Positions 18,190-27,606 of a DNA stretch of 64,000 nt are shown here, in pieces (the stretch's first letter is position 1; each line of letters opens with the position of its first letter). Origin of the DNA: a virus (Duplodnaviria > Caudoviricetes); IMG/VR virus record IMGVR_UViG_3300037308_000558, positions 2,089-66,088 of that record; one strand, 5' to 3'. The position numbers and the translations under genes are program-made. The notes under the pieces are model-generated. The model made no database searches and was not told the origin of the DNA. It saw only the letters and a list, made by a program, of their open reading frames with translations.

Positions 18190-19194
18190 TCACCCCATGC
18201 ACCAAGTTCCGTAGAGTGGTGCGCTTTGGATTCCCTCGTTGATTTCTTCTTTTGTGCAACTGTCCGGTTGCGCGTCACTCTCTTCCCGCAGCCTTGGCGG
18301 ATATTGGACGACTCGGACAGTCAGACTCTTCGTTAGGCGTCTTCCGCCTTTCAAGGTGCCGTTGCGGCCGGCGAAGTTGTTGTCCAGGAACATGTAGATG
18401 GGAGCGCCCATGCGCTCCAAGATCCACTTGTGGTCGTCCGAGACATAGTTGCCTAGCAGAGCGACCACATTCCTTATGCCTGCCTGCCACACGGCCATGC
18501 AGGCTTTGAACCCCTCCACAACGACGACGAACGTCTCGTTCGGTTTGGAGAAGTACACCTCTGGGTAGACCTTGTCGGCGTTGTACAAGATGGCGCTCTT
18601 GTCGGGCGCCTTTCTCTCTGGCAGTCCCCAGATGATGTACTCCTTGTCGTAGATCTTGAACCGTGGCCAGTTGTCCTCATCGGGCAGAGCTCGCCCGCTG
18701 ACGGCCACCAACCTTCCGGTCAGATCGCGAAGTGGATACGTGATGCGCCGAGTCCACTGGTCGTACCCCACCTCGAACTGCTTCAACGTAGCCTTCTCGA
18801 AGCCCGCCGACAACAAGGAAGTAGGGCAGTAGTCGAAGAATCCGAGGATGGCTTCGTCGAGTGGCTGTAGCTCGAAAACCTTGGGTTTTGTAGGGTCCGG
18901 AGGAGGCGGCGCATTGCGCGCCACCGCCTCCAGGAGGACCGAGTAGTGGTACTCGATCTGGTCCCTGCTCAACCCGATGAGGCGTAGGAAGGAAGTCAGG
19001 CCACCCCGGATCTGGCACGCGTGGCAGAAGAACAGACCCTTCGACAAGCTCATCGCGAAGGAGGGTGTCTTTTCTTCCGTGCCGTCCGCCTTTCGGTGGA
19101 ACGGGCAGATGGCCATGATGTTGTCTGGGCCCGACTTCCGTACTTTGCGCAGGTAGCGCTCTGCTACTTGTTGTACCTCTGCCGAGACATCCAT
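18190..19194 (-). CDS. DnaG-type primase (CHC2 Zn finger + TOPRIM)
   Basis: CPFH...TPSF...FFCHAC; RRITYP; VVVEG...FLDN. Some acidic motifs are degenerate. Confidence 0.85.
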   Translation of the reverse strand: MDVSAEVQQVAERYLRKVRKSGPDNIMAICPFHRKADGTEEKTPSFAMSLSKGLFFCHACQIRGGLTSFLRLIGLSRDQIEYHYSVLLEAVARNAPPPPDPTKPKVFELQPLDEAILGFFDYCPTSLLSAGFEKATLKQFEVGYDQWTRRITYPLRDLTGRLVAVSGRALPDEDNWPRFKIYDKEYIIWGLPERKAPDKSAILYNADKVYPEVYFSKPNETFVVVVEGFKACMAVWQAGIRNVVALLGNYVSDDHKWILERMGAPIYMFLDNNFAGRNGTLKGGRRLTKSLTVRVVQYPPRLREESDAQPDSCTKEEINEGIQSAPLYGTWCMG

Positions 19195-20645
19195 CAGAGT
19201 CCCATCGTTCGTGCGATTCGGTCGGTGCTGATGCGGTAGAGTTGTCCCTCGGTGACGCCCGCCTTCTTGGCAGGCTTGGCTGCGGTCTTGGGTCGCGCCG
19301 CTGCCACCTTGTGGTTACCGAGCTCGCTTCCTCCCGTGTCTTTCTCCTTGGCTTGCTCGATCTCCTTCGAGGTGATCTCGCCGTAGTAGTCGAAGCTGAC
19401 CGCTGGATTCGCAGCGATGCGGAACCCGTCCAGCTTGAACTCGCGGCTGTTGCCACCGATGACCATGGCGATGGTGGGCTTGTCCTGCTCACGGATGCAG
19501 CGCATGAGGAGCGTGGCGTCTTGTCCAATGGCGTCGCTGAAGGCGACCTCATCCGAGTTGGCGTCCTGGTTCTTGGCCGCCGCACGATTGGCTTGGAGGG
19601 TAGCGATGATGGGGATCCCGGTCTTGAGGTTCATCGCGCGGACTGCCCGCGAGATGTTCCGCACTCGCTCGTGATCCTTCTTCGAACCCTTCGAGTCGCT
19701 CATGAGGTACATGCCGTCGATGAACACGATGTCCGGACGGTAGAGCTCGACCTTCGACATCAGCCACGGGACGGTGTCACCGCCCTCTGCTGCGTCGTTA
19801 GCAGAAAGGCCCCACACGGGCTGGGCCTCCTGGTTCAGCGTGAGCATGCGCTCCACGGCGTAGAGCGACTCCCGCTCCGCGTCGGTGGCTCCGCCTTCGT
19901 TGCCGAGGCGCACGGAGTCGTAGCGCACCCTGGCAAGGCAGGCACCCGCACGACGGAAGATGTTGTCCGCCGTCATCTCCTTCGTGTATATGAGCAGGCG
20001 CTTCCGCTGATCGTAGAAGTGCGAGATGAGCCAGGCCAACACCCAGCTCTTCATGTTCTTCGGCCTGCCGTAGATGACAACGTAGTCCTCTCCCTGCAGC
20101 CCTCTCGTGGCGTACTGCAAGGGTGCCCACGGCCAACGGCCGCAGGACATGTCGATGCCCTTGTCCAGCATCTCCATTTGTCGCATGGATCTGCTGAAGG
20201 AGGCACCGAAGGGGACGTCGGTGACCTTCTGCGTCGCTAGGTTCTGCAGGTCCGTGAAGTGGGCCTGCATTTTGTTCAGGGCGAGGATGGGATCCCCGCC
20301 CAGCATCTCTCCGCCTTGCTGCAGCATCCAACGCGCCGACGTGCGCACTCGCTCTTGTCGAACAAGCATGCACAACGACTCGGTGGTCATCGAGAGGTCG
20401 TCGCACAGGATGAAGTTGGGGTAGAGTCCTCTGAAGGCTTGCGGACCGAAGACGCTACCCTGCGAGTCGGGAGAGTCGTAGAAGGTAGACATCGTCAGGA
20501 AGATGGCTTTGCCTTCACTGGTGAGGAAGTCGTCTTGTTGTATTCCCCACCGCCGTATCTTCTGTAGCTCCTCTCGACCGTGGCTCGCGTCTTCACGTCC
20601 GCTACCCACGATCCTGGAGATCAGCTGGTATTCCCATGCGCTCAT
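19194..20645 (-). CDS. DnaB/SF4-like replicative helicase
   Basis: GRPKNMKS (variant Walker A), IYTKEM, VFIDGMY (Walker B), TLQANR, SDAIGQDAT. Confidence 0.85.
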   Translation of the reverse strand: MSAWEYQLISRIVGSGREDASHGREELQKIRRWGIQQDDFLTSEGKAIFLTMSTFYDSPDSQGSVFGPQAFRGLYPNFILCDDLSMTTESLCMLVRQERVRTSARWMLQQGGEMLGGDPILALNKMQAHFTDLQNLATQKVTDVPFGASFSRSMRQMEMLDKGIDMSCGRWPWAPLQYATRGLQGEDYVVIYGRPKNMKSWVLAWLISHFYDQRKRLLIYTKEMTADNIFRRAGACLARVRYDSVRLGNEGGATDAERESLYAVERMLTLNQEAQPVWGLSANDAAEGGDTVPWLMSKVELYRPDIVFIDGMYLMSDSKGSKKDHERVRNISRAVRAMNLKTGIPIIATLQANRAAAKNQDANSDEVAFSDAIGQDATLLMRCIREQDKPTIAMVIGGNSREFKLDGFRIAANPAVSFDYYGEITSKEIEQAKEKDTGGSELGNHKVAAARPKTAAKPAKKAGVTEGQLYRISTDRIARTMGL

Positions 20646-20674
20646 AGTGGTCGGTTAGTCCTCACGCACTCGTG

Positions 20675-20683
20675 TCTTATGCC
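20675..20683 (-). promoter_or_regulatory. GGCATAAGA motif upstream of the helicase operon
   Basis: One of four exact intergenic copies, each upstream of minus-strand genes. Confidence 0.6.
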
Positions 20684-20703
20684 CGCCCGAACGCCCGGGG
20701 CGC

Positions 20704-20731
20704 ACAGTAGGGAACGTGCCCGCGGTGTCAA
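20704..20731 (-). promoter_or_regulatory. sigma70-like promoter TTGACA-16 nt-TACTGT
   Basis: Perfect -35 hexamer in the intergenic gap, embedded in an imperfect inverted repeat. Confidence 0.5.
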
Positions 20732-20760
20732 CACGCCGCGGCTTGCGTAGCGCGTTTTGG

Positions 20761-21087
20761 CTAGACCGACGGCGCGTCCACAGGAGCACCAACGTGTTCC
20801 CCCAGCCCACCAGCAGCAAGCCCGCCGCTTGGCCCCGTCGTTCGCACAGCGCCGTCTACGAGGATGGCACGACCCAGATCGTGCTCCATGCTCTCGCACA
20901 GCTCTCGTAGCTTCTCCATCGTCCCCGGGGACCACACGCCGCTTGCGGCGTTAGCGAATGCGGGCGTGTGCCCAGTCCGCGTGTTGGTGAACCCGAACGT
21001 GGCGTCGAACTTGATCGGGTTCTGCAAGAAGTCGATGGCGATGCGCGCGACGCGCATCTCGTCTGCGTCGAGGGTGCCCTTGATCAT
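20761..21087 (-). CDS. hypothetical protein (108 aa)
   Basis: ATGA-coupled, GC3-rich ORF. Confidence 0.65.
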   Translation of the reverse strand: MIKGTLDADEMRVARIAIDFLQNPIKFDATFGFTNTRTGHTPAFANAASGVWSPGTMEKLRELCESMEHDLGRAILVDGAVRTTGPSGGLAAGGLGEHVGAPVDAPSV

Positions 21088-21398
21088 GGCTCAGGCATCT
21101 GGGGTAACTGCGGCACGCCGATGGAGGCGGCTGCTGGGTTGAGTAGCTCGATGACCTTGCGGAAGCATAGCTCAGCGGCCAAGTTCATGTTCCTCTCGTC
21201 CTGCGGGCAGCCGATGGAGACGTGCACCTGCACGTTGGCGATGCCGTACTCGGGGTGAGCCGACTTTGCCGAGAACGAGATTGTGGAGTGCACCTGGTCT
21301 GCGCAGTGCGCGAGCATGGCGAACGGGTCTTCGTCCCAACCCTCTGCGAGCTCCTGCTGCGTCATCCCGTGTCGCTGTAGGACTCTACGCCACTTCAT
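21084..21398 (-). CDS. hypothetical protein (104 aa)
   Basis: ATGA-coupled ORF. Confidence 0.65.
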   Translation of the reverse strand: MKWRRVLQRHGMTQQELAEGWDEDPFAMLAHCADQVHSTISFSAKSAHPEYGIANVQVHVSIGCPQDERNMNLAAELCFRKVIELLNPAAASIGVPQLPQMPEP

Positions 21399-21838
21399 GG
21401 GATGTTCACCTTCGGGGGCATGTGGTACTTCGGGTCATCCTTCACGGCGACTTCCTTGAGCGCCGGAGGGATCTGGTTCGCGGCGAGGGCGCTCTGAAAG
21501 CGCGTCTTGTCGAGCTCGTAGATGGTGCGCGTCGCCATGATGCCGCCCACTTCCAGGAACTTCACCTGGCCGAGGGACTGGTACAAGAGCTCGGCGTCGA
21601 ACTTCTTGCCCATCTGGTAGAGGTGGAAGTCTCCACAGCTCACGCGCCGTGCGCGCACAGCCTTCTCGGCCACCTCCAGCTTGCTGTTGTACTCCTCGGC
21701 CAGTGCGTCGAGGTACTCGAAGAAGTCCTTGTTGGCGGCGCGGAAGGCTTGGAGCCGCTCGCGCACATCCATGAAGGGCGCTACTTCAGGGACTTCGTCG
21801 ATGGGGACGTTGTTGAACCGCGTCTCATTCTTCGCCAT
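21395..21838 (-). CDS. hypothetical protein (147 aa)
   Basis: Coupled ORF with a coiled-coil N-terminal half. Confidence 0.65.
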   Translation of the reverse strand: MAKNETRFNNVPIDEVPEVAPFMDVRERLQAFRAANKDFFEYLDALAEEYNSKLEVAEKAVRARRVSCGDFHLYQMGKKFDAELLYQSLGQVKFLEVGGIMATRTIYELDKTRFQSALAANQIPPALKEVAVKDDPKYHMPPKVNIP

Positions 21839-22670
21839 AGGTGTTACTCGCAGATAGCAGGTCGTGTGAGGTGAGCTCTTCTTGGGGGATGGTCTCCCCG
21901 GTCATCTCGTAGACGTGGTGGCGGTAGTAGCCCGCCACGAGCTTCATGCACGAGATGAACTTGTCCATGGGGTTGCCCATGCGCAGGTCCGCGCTCTTCC
22001 GCAGAACGTACGCGGGGTGGATGAGTGGCATCATCAGGTAGTGCACCTGGTTCAGCTCGACGGGCGCGATGAGCTGTCCTCCCTGCTTGCGCGCCCACGC
22101 CCTCTTCTTCTCCGTGAGTTGCGGCACGTACGCATGGCCGGGGATGCTGATGGCGCGCAGGGTGCCGCTGTCGTTGACGATGCTGGATGCCTTGTGCGAT
22201 AGGAGCTTTGCCGATTCGGCGCCAAGGCACACGATGAGCAGAGGATCCACCAAGTAGATCTGCTCGTACAAACGGGGGAGGCACGCTTGCAAGTGCTCCG
22301 TCTTCGGGGCCTTGTCCTTGATGATGGGCGTGAACACGCCGCCTCGCGTGAAGCCCATAGGCCTCCCGTCGTTATCCATCATGGGCCCACAACTACGACA
22401 GCACACCGCGTTGGTGATGTAGCTGGCGTAGCGTAGGCCCAGCTTCTGCAGGGCTACGCGGAGCACCTTGCCGGACTTGCCGATGAACGGTTGCCCGCTC
22501 TGCTCCTCCTCTTTTCCAGGGCCCTCCCCGATGAACATGACGCCGCGAACGGCGCCTTCGCCGAACACGATGGGGCGCTGCCCCTCAACGCGGCGTTCGT
22601 TCAGAGAGCACTTTCGGCAGTACTGCCATTCTTGCCACAGCCTGTGCAACTTCTCATGTGGGTCGTACAT
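21825..22670 (-). CDS. udg: family 4 uracil-DNA glycosylase-like protein
   Basis: CRKC, VFGEG, FIGEGPG.EE...G.PFIG.SG, YITNAVCC, ACLPRL.EQI, IHPAYVLR. Confidence 0.92.
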   Translation of the reverse strand: MYDPHEKLHRLWQEWQYCRKCSLNERRVEGQRPIVFGEGAVRGVMFIGEGPGKEEEQSGQPFIGKSGKVLRVALQKLGLRYASYITNAVCCRSCGPMMDNDGRPMGFTRGGVFTPIIKDKAPKTEHLQACLPRLYEQIYLVDPLLIVCLGAESAKLLSHKASSIVNDSGTLRAISIPGHAYVPQLTEKKRAWARKQGGQLIAPVELNQVHYLMMPLIHPAYVLRKSADLRMGNPMDKFISCMKLVAGYYRHHVYEMTGETIPQEELTSHDLLSASNTYGEE

Positions 22671-23055
22671 GTGGAAGCACCAATCCAGCCTCCCGAGCGC
22701 GCGCCTCCGTCATCTGCGCTAGGCCCGCCTCGACAATGCCCTTATGCCTGCGCAGGTCGTCGCTGTTCATGTCCATGAACCAGTGGCAGTAGTCCGCCAC
22801 GATCTCGATGGTGGACGGCCCCGAACACCCATCGATGGGTTGACAGATGACGATGCGGTTGATGCCCATGCCCTGCGGTCCCTGAACGGGCATCACCATG
22901 GTGATGAGCTCGATGGCTTCGTCGAGGTACATGTGCCCCGTCGCCACGTTGCTACCGGCCGGCTCCACGGGCTTCCGCTCGCGCGCCTTCCCGACGTACT
23001 TCTTGCCGCCGCACCCAGCTACAAGCCAAACACCTGCTTCAAAGTTAGGTTGCAT
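22654..23055 (-). CDS. hypothetical protein (133 aa)
   Basis: Start refined to ATG 23055 with an AAGGGG SD. Confidence 0.55.
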   Translation of the reverse strand: MQPNFEAGVWLVAGCGGKKYVGKARERKPVEPAGSNVATGHMYLDEAIELITMVMPVQGPQGMGINRIVICQPIDGCSGPSTIEIVADYCHWFMDMNSDDLRRHKGIVEAGLAQMTEARAREAGLVLPHVRPT

Positions 23056-24758
23056 GATGACCCCTTGTGTCCCAGCATCTCGAAATCGAACGGTCCACCT
23101 TCTTCGTGTGGCCATGAGCGCAGATGCTTCCGTAGCTTCTGGCACATGCCGATCATCTGCCCCACCTCGTCTTCGTAGAGGATGACGAGCGGAGTCTTCT
23201 TCCCGGGCTTGGGCCTCGTGGGCCTACCCATCAGCTGCTGCATACTGTTCTTGGAGCTGAACGGCGTGGAGACGATGACGGTGTCGAGATCCGGGCAGTC
23301 CAACCCCTCCTTGCCGTACTTCGTGATGGCGAAGATGACCTGCTTGTCCTTCACGTAGGCCTGCCGCACGGCGGCGGGCACTCCGAAGGTCATCACGCCG
23401 GCGGTGCTCGGCTCGTTGATGAGCAGCTTCAAGAACGCGCGCTGCCGCTTCTCCAGCTCCCGTTGGATCTTGAGGTACGTGTCGTACTGCTCCTTCTGCA
23501 GCTTCAGGTCGGCGAGGGCGACGGGGTCGGCTTTGTTCATGGCTGCGTAGACCTCCATGCGCTCCAGCTCGCGGGCCAGCTTCGCTCCCTCTTTCAGGGT
23601 GAGCTCCAGGGGGGCGCACGTGGAGCCGACCTCTTGGGGTGTGGGATCTGGAATGTCGGAGTAGAGATCGGCGTGCGGACCCCGCACCCACATCGTCAGC
23701 AGGTTGACGACTTCGTCGATGCTGTTGCTGAGCACCAGGACCTTGCGTCCTGCCTGCGCCGCATCGATGGCATCCTGCATGGTCATCCACAGGCGGTCGC
23801 GCCACCTGCCGAAGAAGCTGGTGACCTTCGAGAGATGCACTTCCTTGTTCTTGTCCAACACCGCGTCCGAGACGATGGGGTTGGCGAGGTCGAGCTTCAG
23901 GCCCGTCCACTTGAAGAAGATGCGCGGCTTCATCGCCTGGCGCAGGTCGCGATGCAGCACCCTGCCGATGTGGAAGTCGCAGATGATGTGCAGGCCATCA
24001 TCTCGGCGTGGTGTGGCCGTCAGCGCATAACGCTTCCCGTAGAACAGGTCGGCGCTCTTACTGAAGACGGGCGCGTTGACGTGGTGGGCCTCGTCCCAGA
24101 AGATCTGGCCGAACCACCGTCGCATCTCCTCCGTCATCTCGTCGGCGCGCGCTGCCACGGTCTGGTACGTGGCAAGCACGATGCCCTTCTTCCACTCGTA
24201 CTTGCCTGCGCTGAGCTCGCCCACACCACCGGGCACGTCGAGGAACTCCTCGATGTCATCGGCCCACTGCTTGAGCAGGTTCATGTTGTCGAGCAGGATG
24301 AGCGCGGGTACCTTTCCACGGGCGATCTTCTCCAGCGCCACAACGGTCTTGCCCGTTCCGCACGCTAGTTGAAGGACGCCGCCCATGGCGGCCGTCATGG
24401 CGCTGATGGAGAGCTGCTGCACGTTGTCGCCCGTAGGCACCAGCTTCTTCTCACCGTCCACGATGGCCAGTCGGTGGTCCAAGAGCACGCGGCTCTTGAA
24501 CTCGACGTGCGCGTACTTCATCGGCCGGCAGTCGATGACCTCGAACGGCAGCGTCGCAGGATCCCAGAAGGCGCGGGGCACCAGAAGGTGGTGTGGAGTC
24601 TCCTTCCACAAGCTGAGCACCTTCTGGTTCCCGGTGTAGCTGTCCGTGAACACGAAGTTGAGCGCGCTCATCGTCGCGTTCACGTTGATGTACGCCTTCG
24701 GGACCCAGAGCCAGCTATCGATGTAGCCCTTGTCTGGGTCTCGTCGCACGATTTTCAT
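23019..24758 (-). CDS. SF2 DExH helicase, UvsW-like (579 aa; ATG 24758)
   Basis: LACGTGKT, WDEAHH, LTATP, KEGLDCPDLD, QQLMGRPTR. Confidence 0.88.
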   Translation of the reverse strand: MKIVRRDPDKGYIDSWLWVPKAYINVNATMSALNFVFTDSYTGNQKVLSLWKETPHHLLVPRAFWDPATLPFEVIDCRPMKYAHVEFKSRVLLDHRLAIVDGEKKLVPTGDNVQQLSISAMTAAMGGVLQLACGTGKTVVALEKIARGKVPALILLDNMNLLKQWADDIEEFLDVPGGVGELSAGKYEWKKGIVLATYQTVAARADEMTEEMRRWFGQIFWDEAHHVNAPVFSKSADLFYGKRYALTATPRRDDGLHIICDFHIGRVLHRDLRQAMKPRIFFKWTGLKLDLANPIVSDAVLDKNKEVHLSKVTSFFGRWRDRLWMTMQDAIDAAQAGRKVLVLSNSIDEVVNLLTMWVRGPHADLYSDIPDPTPQEVGSTCAPLELTLKEGAKLARELERMEVYAAMNKADPVALADLKLQKEQYDTYLKIQRELEKRQRAFLKLLINEPSTAGVMTFGVPAAVRQAYVKDKQVIFAITKYGKEGLDCPDLDTVIVSTPFSSKNSMQQLMGRPTRPKPGKKTPLVILYEDEVGQMIGMCQKLRKHLRSWPHEEGGPFDFEMLGHKGSSCNLTLKQVFGL

Positions 24759-24790
24759 CTGGCCTTGTTTCTCTCCTGCGCGACCTCGCG

Positions 24791-25522
24791 TCAACCCCCA
24801 TTCGGCCACGGTCCGCCGAACGTGTTGAAGTCGAAGAAGTTCGCGACGGTGTGCCCTGACGCCTTGAACATGGCGCGCAGGACCGAGAAGCCCAGCCTCG
24901 CCGCCCAGTGCTGCCCCTCGATGATGGGCTCGGGCACCGCTAGGTAGCCCATCATCTGCATTCCTGGCGTAGGCATGTTCATGGGAACGACTTGCGGCAT
25001 GCCCGCCATCGCCGGCGGCACCATCGGCACCTGACCGTACTGCGGTGCCTGCATGGCGTACGGCTGGAACTGCTGCGGCTGTGACTGCGGCTGCCACTGC
25101 GGCGGGCGGACGGGTACTTGTGGTGGTTGGTACATCTGGATGGGCTGCGGTATTGGTGCTGGTGCTGGTACTGGGGTTTGCGCCTTCACGGCGACCTGAG
25201 CGACTCCTTGCACGATCCCTCTCGCCGCGTTCGCGAGGGCGCCGGCTTGGGGCTGGGGTTGCATGACGGGGATCCGCAGCGGCGCGTTCGGCGCTTGAAC
25301 GGGGATGGCCCGAGCTTCGGCCAACTTGTTCGAGCTGGTCTCCGCCGCGCACTGCGCGAACCACGGACACTTCGGTCTGGTGTTTCCTCCATCGATGGCG
25401 TTGACGAACGCAGGGTCCGGGCCCCCTGCACATTCCGGGTGCTGGGGCTGCCAGTACCACTCGCCCGTGGCTGGCGACTTCTTCCCCATGCACGTGGGCT
25501 TATCCCCGGTTGGGTAGGCCAT
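24791..25522 (-). CDS. P/Q-rich protein with N-terminal Cys cluster (243 aa)
   Basis: AGGAG SD; CMGK...HPEC...CPWFAQC; long P/Q/M tract. Confidence 0.7.
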   Translation of the reverse strand: MAYPTGDKPTCMGKKSPATGEWYWQPQHPECAGGPDPAFVNAIDGGNTRPKCPWFAQCAAETSSNKLAEARAIPVQAPNAPLRIPVMQPQPQAGALANAARGIVQGVAQVAVKAQTPVPAPAPIPQPIQMYQPPQVPVRPPQWQPQSQPQQFQPYAMQAPQYGQVPMVPPAMAGMPQVVPMNMPTPGMQMMGYLAVPEPIIEGQHWAARLGFSVLRAMFKASGHTVANFFDFNTFGGPWPNGG

Positions 25523-25555
25523 ACGAACTCCTTGTTAGAGTGCTCTCTGCACTGC

Positions 25556-25566
25556 TCTTATCTCGC
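25556..25566 (-). promoter_or_regulatory. variant motif GCGAGATAAGA at the head of the replication block
   Basis: Shares ATAAGA and orientation with the GGCATAAGA sites. Confidence 0.45.
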
Positions 25567-25610
25567 AGCGTCGGTTCCCTTTGCTGCGTTCTTGGAATAC
25601 CCTTGCTGTT

Positions 25611-25619
25611 GTAGAATCG
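25611..25619 (+). promoter_or_regulatory. GTAGAATCG motif upstream of the head/portal block
   Basis: Identical 9-mer precedes the RNAP gene; contains the -10-like TAGAAT. Confidence 0.55.
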
Positions 25620-25645
25620 CGTAGTTACTATCGGCAGGAGGCCAC

Positions 25646-26575
25646 GTGGAGAAGCTGAGCGGCTTGGTCCTGGACGTCTACGACGATCCCAGCGGTGAAG
25701 TTCTTCGAGCCATCTTCCCTCGCTACGAGCAGGTACCCGAGCTCATCAAGAGTGCGCACGTCGTCACGCCGGATGAGCGCGCGCAGCTGCCGGACGACTT
25801 GTTCGCGCTCGTGCTGGAGGACGGCCCGGTGGAGCTCAGGAAGTACGCCTGCATCGACGCGGGCAATACGGCGCTCGCCGTCGAGTACTTCATGCAGCTC
25901 CGGCACAAGCTCCCCGAAGAGGCGCAGAAGGTGGCCGCGGCGAACTTGGAAGTTGCGTGCGGCTGGTACGACATCGACCCGCCCGAAGAGCTTCAGAAGG
26001 TAGCGAAGGGCATCGTCAAGAAGGTTGTCGGAGCGGTCAAGAGCTACGGCCGCGCCCTCAGCGGTAGCGGGGTGCGCAAGGCGGAGGCGGCCAGCCAGAG
26101 CGCCCTGGAGCGAGCGGAGCGTCGAGAAGATCTGGCTAATGCACTCTGGGAGCACGGCGCGCCCAAGCATCTCAGGGAGAAGGCAAATGCCAGCGCGGAC
26201 AAAGCGGTGAAAGCGCTAGGGCGTTACAACAAGATCGAGCATGAAGCACGTAGAGGAACGACCCAAGCGCGTGCGGCTACAGCAGCTGTAGGAGCCGTTG
26301 GGCTGGGCGCTGCTGCGGGTCACCACGAGCTGAAGAAGTGGAAGAAACAAGAGGATTCGCCCAAGGACGAGGGTGAGGCCAAAGAAGCGGGCCTCCTGTC
26401 GTGGGGTGCCAAGAAGGCCGTACAAAATCCCCTCGGTACCGCCATGACGGCCATGACAGTGCCGGGACAGATCAAGGGCATCGGGCAGACGGCCAAGGCG
26501 CGCGGCGAAGAGGCCAAGGCCTCCGGGGCTATCATCAACCCCAACGTGCTGAAGGCCACTCCGGTTCCGCAGTGA
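25646..26575 (+). CDS. K-x-A motif head-associated protein (309 aa)
   Basis: GTG start with AGGAGG SD; IKSAH, QKVAA, QKVAK, AKEAG; hydrophobic AAVGAVGLGAAAG segment. Confidence 0.7.
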   Translation: MEKLSGLVLDVYDDPSGEVLRAIFPRYEQVPELIKSAHVVTPDERAQLPDDLFALVLEDGPVELRKYACIDAGNTALAVEYFMQLRHKLPEEAQKVAAANLEVACGWYDIDPPEELQKVAKGIVKKVVGAVKSYGRALSGSGVRKAEAASQSALERAERREDLANALWEHGAPKHLREKANASADKAVKALGRYNKIEHEARRGTTQARAATAAVGAVGLGAAAGHHELKKWKKQEDSPKDEGEAKEAGLLSWGAKKAVQNPLGTAMTAMTVPGQIKGIGQTAKARGEEAKASGAIINPNVLKATPVPQ

Positions 26576-26589
26576 CCAGCGAGGATGCG

Positions 26590-27606
26590 ATGAGCCATCA
26601 AGTCGTGACGAAGCAGCAGGCGTGGCGGGATGCAGAGGGCTGGAAGACCAAGGAGTCCGAGCTCGCCAACACCTACGACATGCCGCAGAGCCCCTCACCC
26701 AGCGAGAAGAACATGACGAAGAAGCCCTTGTCCGTCATCAACAAGACGGCATCGGTTGCCGCCGAAGAAGATGAGCTGCTCAAGGTTGCCTTCGAGCAGA
26801 CGACGGCGCCTGAAGTCAACACCATGGTCGAGGGCGAGAATCCGAAGGCGGAGCCCCAGACCTCGCTCAAGCCTCGGGTGGATGTCTCCGGCAAGGAGGC
26901 ACCCAAGACGGTGACGGTGAAGAAGGCGAGCTACTACGCCATGCCGCACCGCGAGCTCTACCCGCTCGACAGCGTCGCGCAAGTGGAGAAGGCCGCCAGC
27001 TACTTCGACGAGTACGGCGTGCACATGACGCCGGAGATGCGCCACGAGTACTGCCAGAACATGGTGAAGCGCGCGCATGTTCTGGGCATCCGCGTGAGCA
27101 CCCTCGCCGAGCGCTACGGCTCCGAGACGTACGCTCCCCCGGAGCAGATCAAGATTGCGCTGGACGCGCGACGCAGCATCCTCAAGGATGAGTCCGACGT
27201 GGCGCTGCTGGACAAGGTTGCCAGCGCTCGCCCGTTCGTACAGCCCGAGGAGTTCGCTGTGCTTCTCAGCGAGTTCGACAAGCAGGCGTGCATCGACGAG
27301 TTCTGGGGCGGGGATGTCCCCGACCCCTACTTCTCCACCTTCGGCAAGACGGCTGCCGAGGTGAGCAAGACCGACCCAGAGGAATCCATTCTCGTCGGCA
27401 ACGAGTACACGACGGAGCGCAAGCTCGTCGAGCTCGCCAAGCACAAGCACGAGATGGTCTGCGAGAAGTTCGGCAAGGACTTCGCCAAGGAGTTCAAGAA
27501 CGACCCCAAGTCCATCTTCGATTCCATGCCGCGTGACCAGAAGCTCGTGCTGATGCGCATGGCCAACGCCAGCGACTCCACCACCTTCGGCGCGTCAACG
27601 TCGTGA
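26590..27606 (+). CDS. K-x-A motif head-associated protein (338 aa; ATG 26590)
   Basis: NKTAS, LKVAF, KKAS, EKAAS, DKVAS, DKQAC, GKTAA. Confidence 0.7.
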   Translation: MSHQVVTKQQAWRDAEGWKTKESELANTYDMPQSPSPSEKNMTKKPLSVINKTASVAAEEDELLKVAFEQTTAPEVNTMVEGENPKAEPQTSLKPRVDVSGKEAPKTVTVKKASYYAMPHRELYPLDSVAQVEKAASYFDEYGVHMTPEMRHEYCQNMVKRAHVLGIRVSTLAERYGSETYAPPEQIKIALDARRSILKDESDVALLDKVASARPFVQPEEFAVLLSEFDKQACIDEFWGGDVPDPYFSTFGKTAAEVSKTDPEESILVGNEYTTERKLVELAKHKHEMVCEKFGKDFAKEFKNDPKSIFDSMPRDQKLVLMRMANASDSTTFGASTS

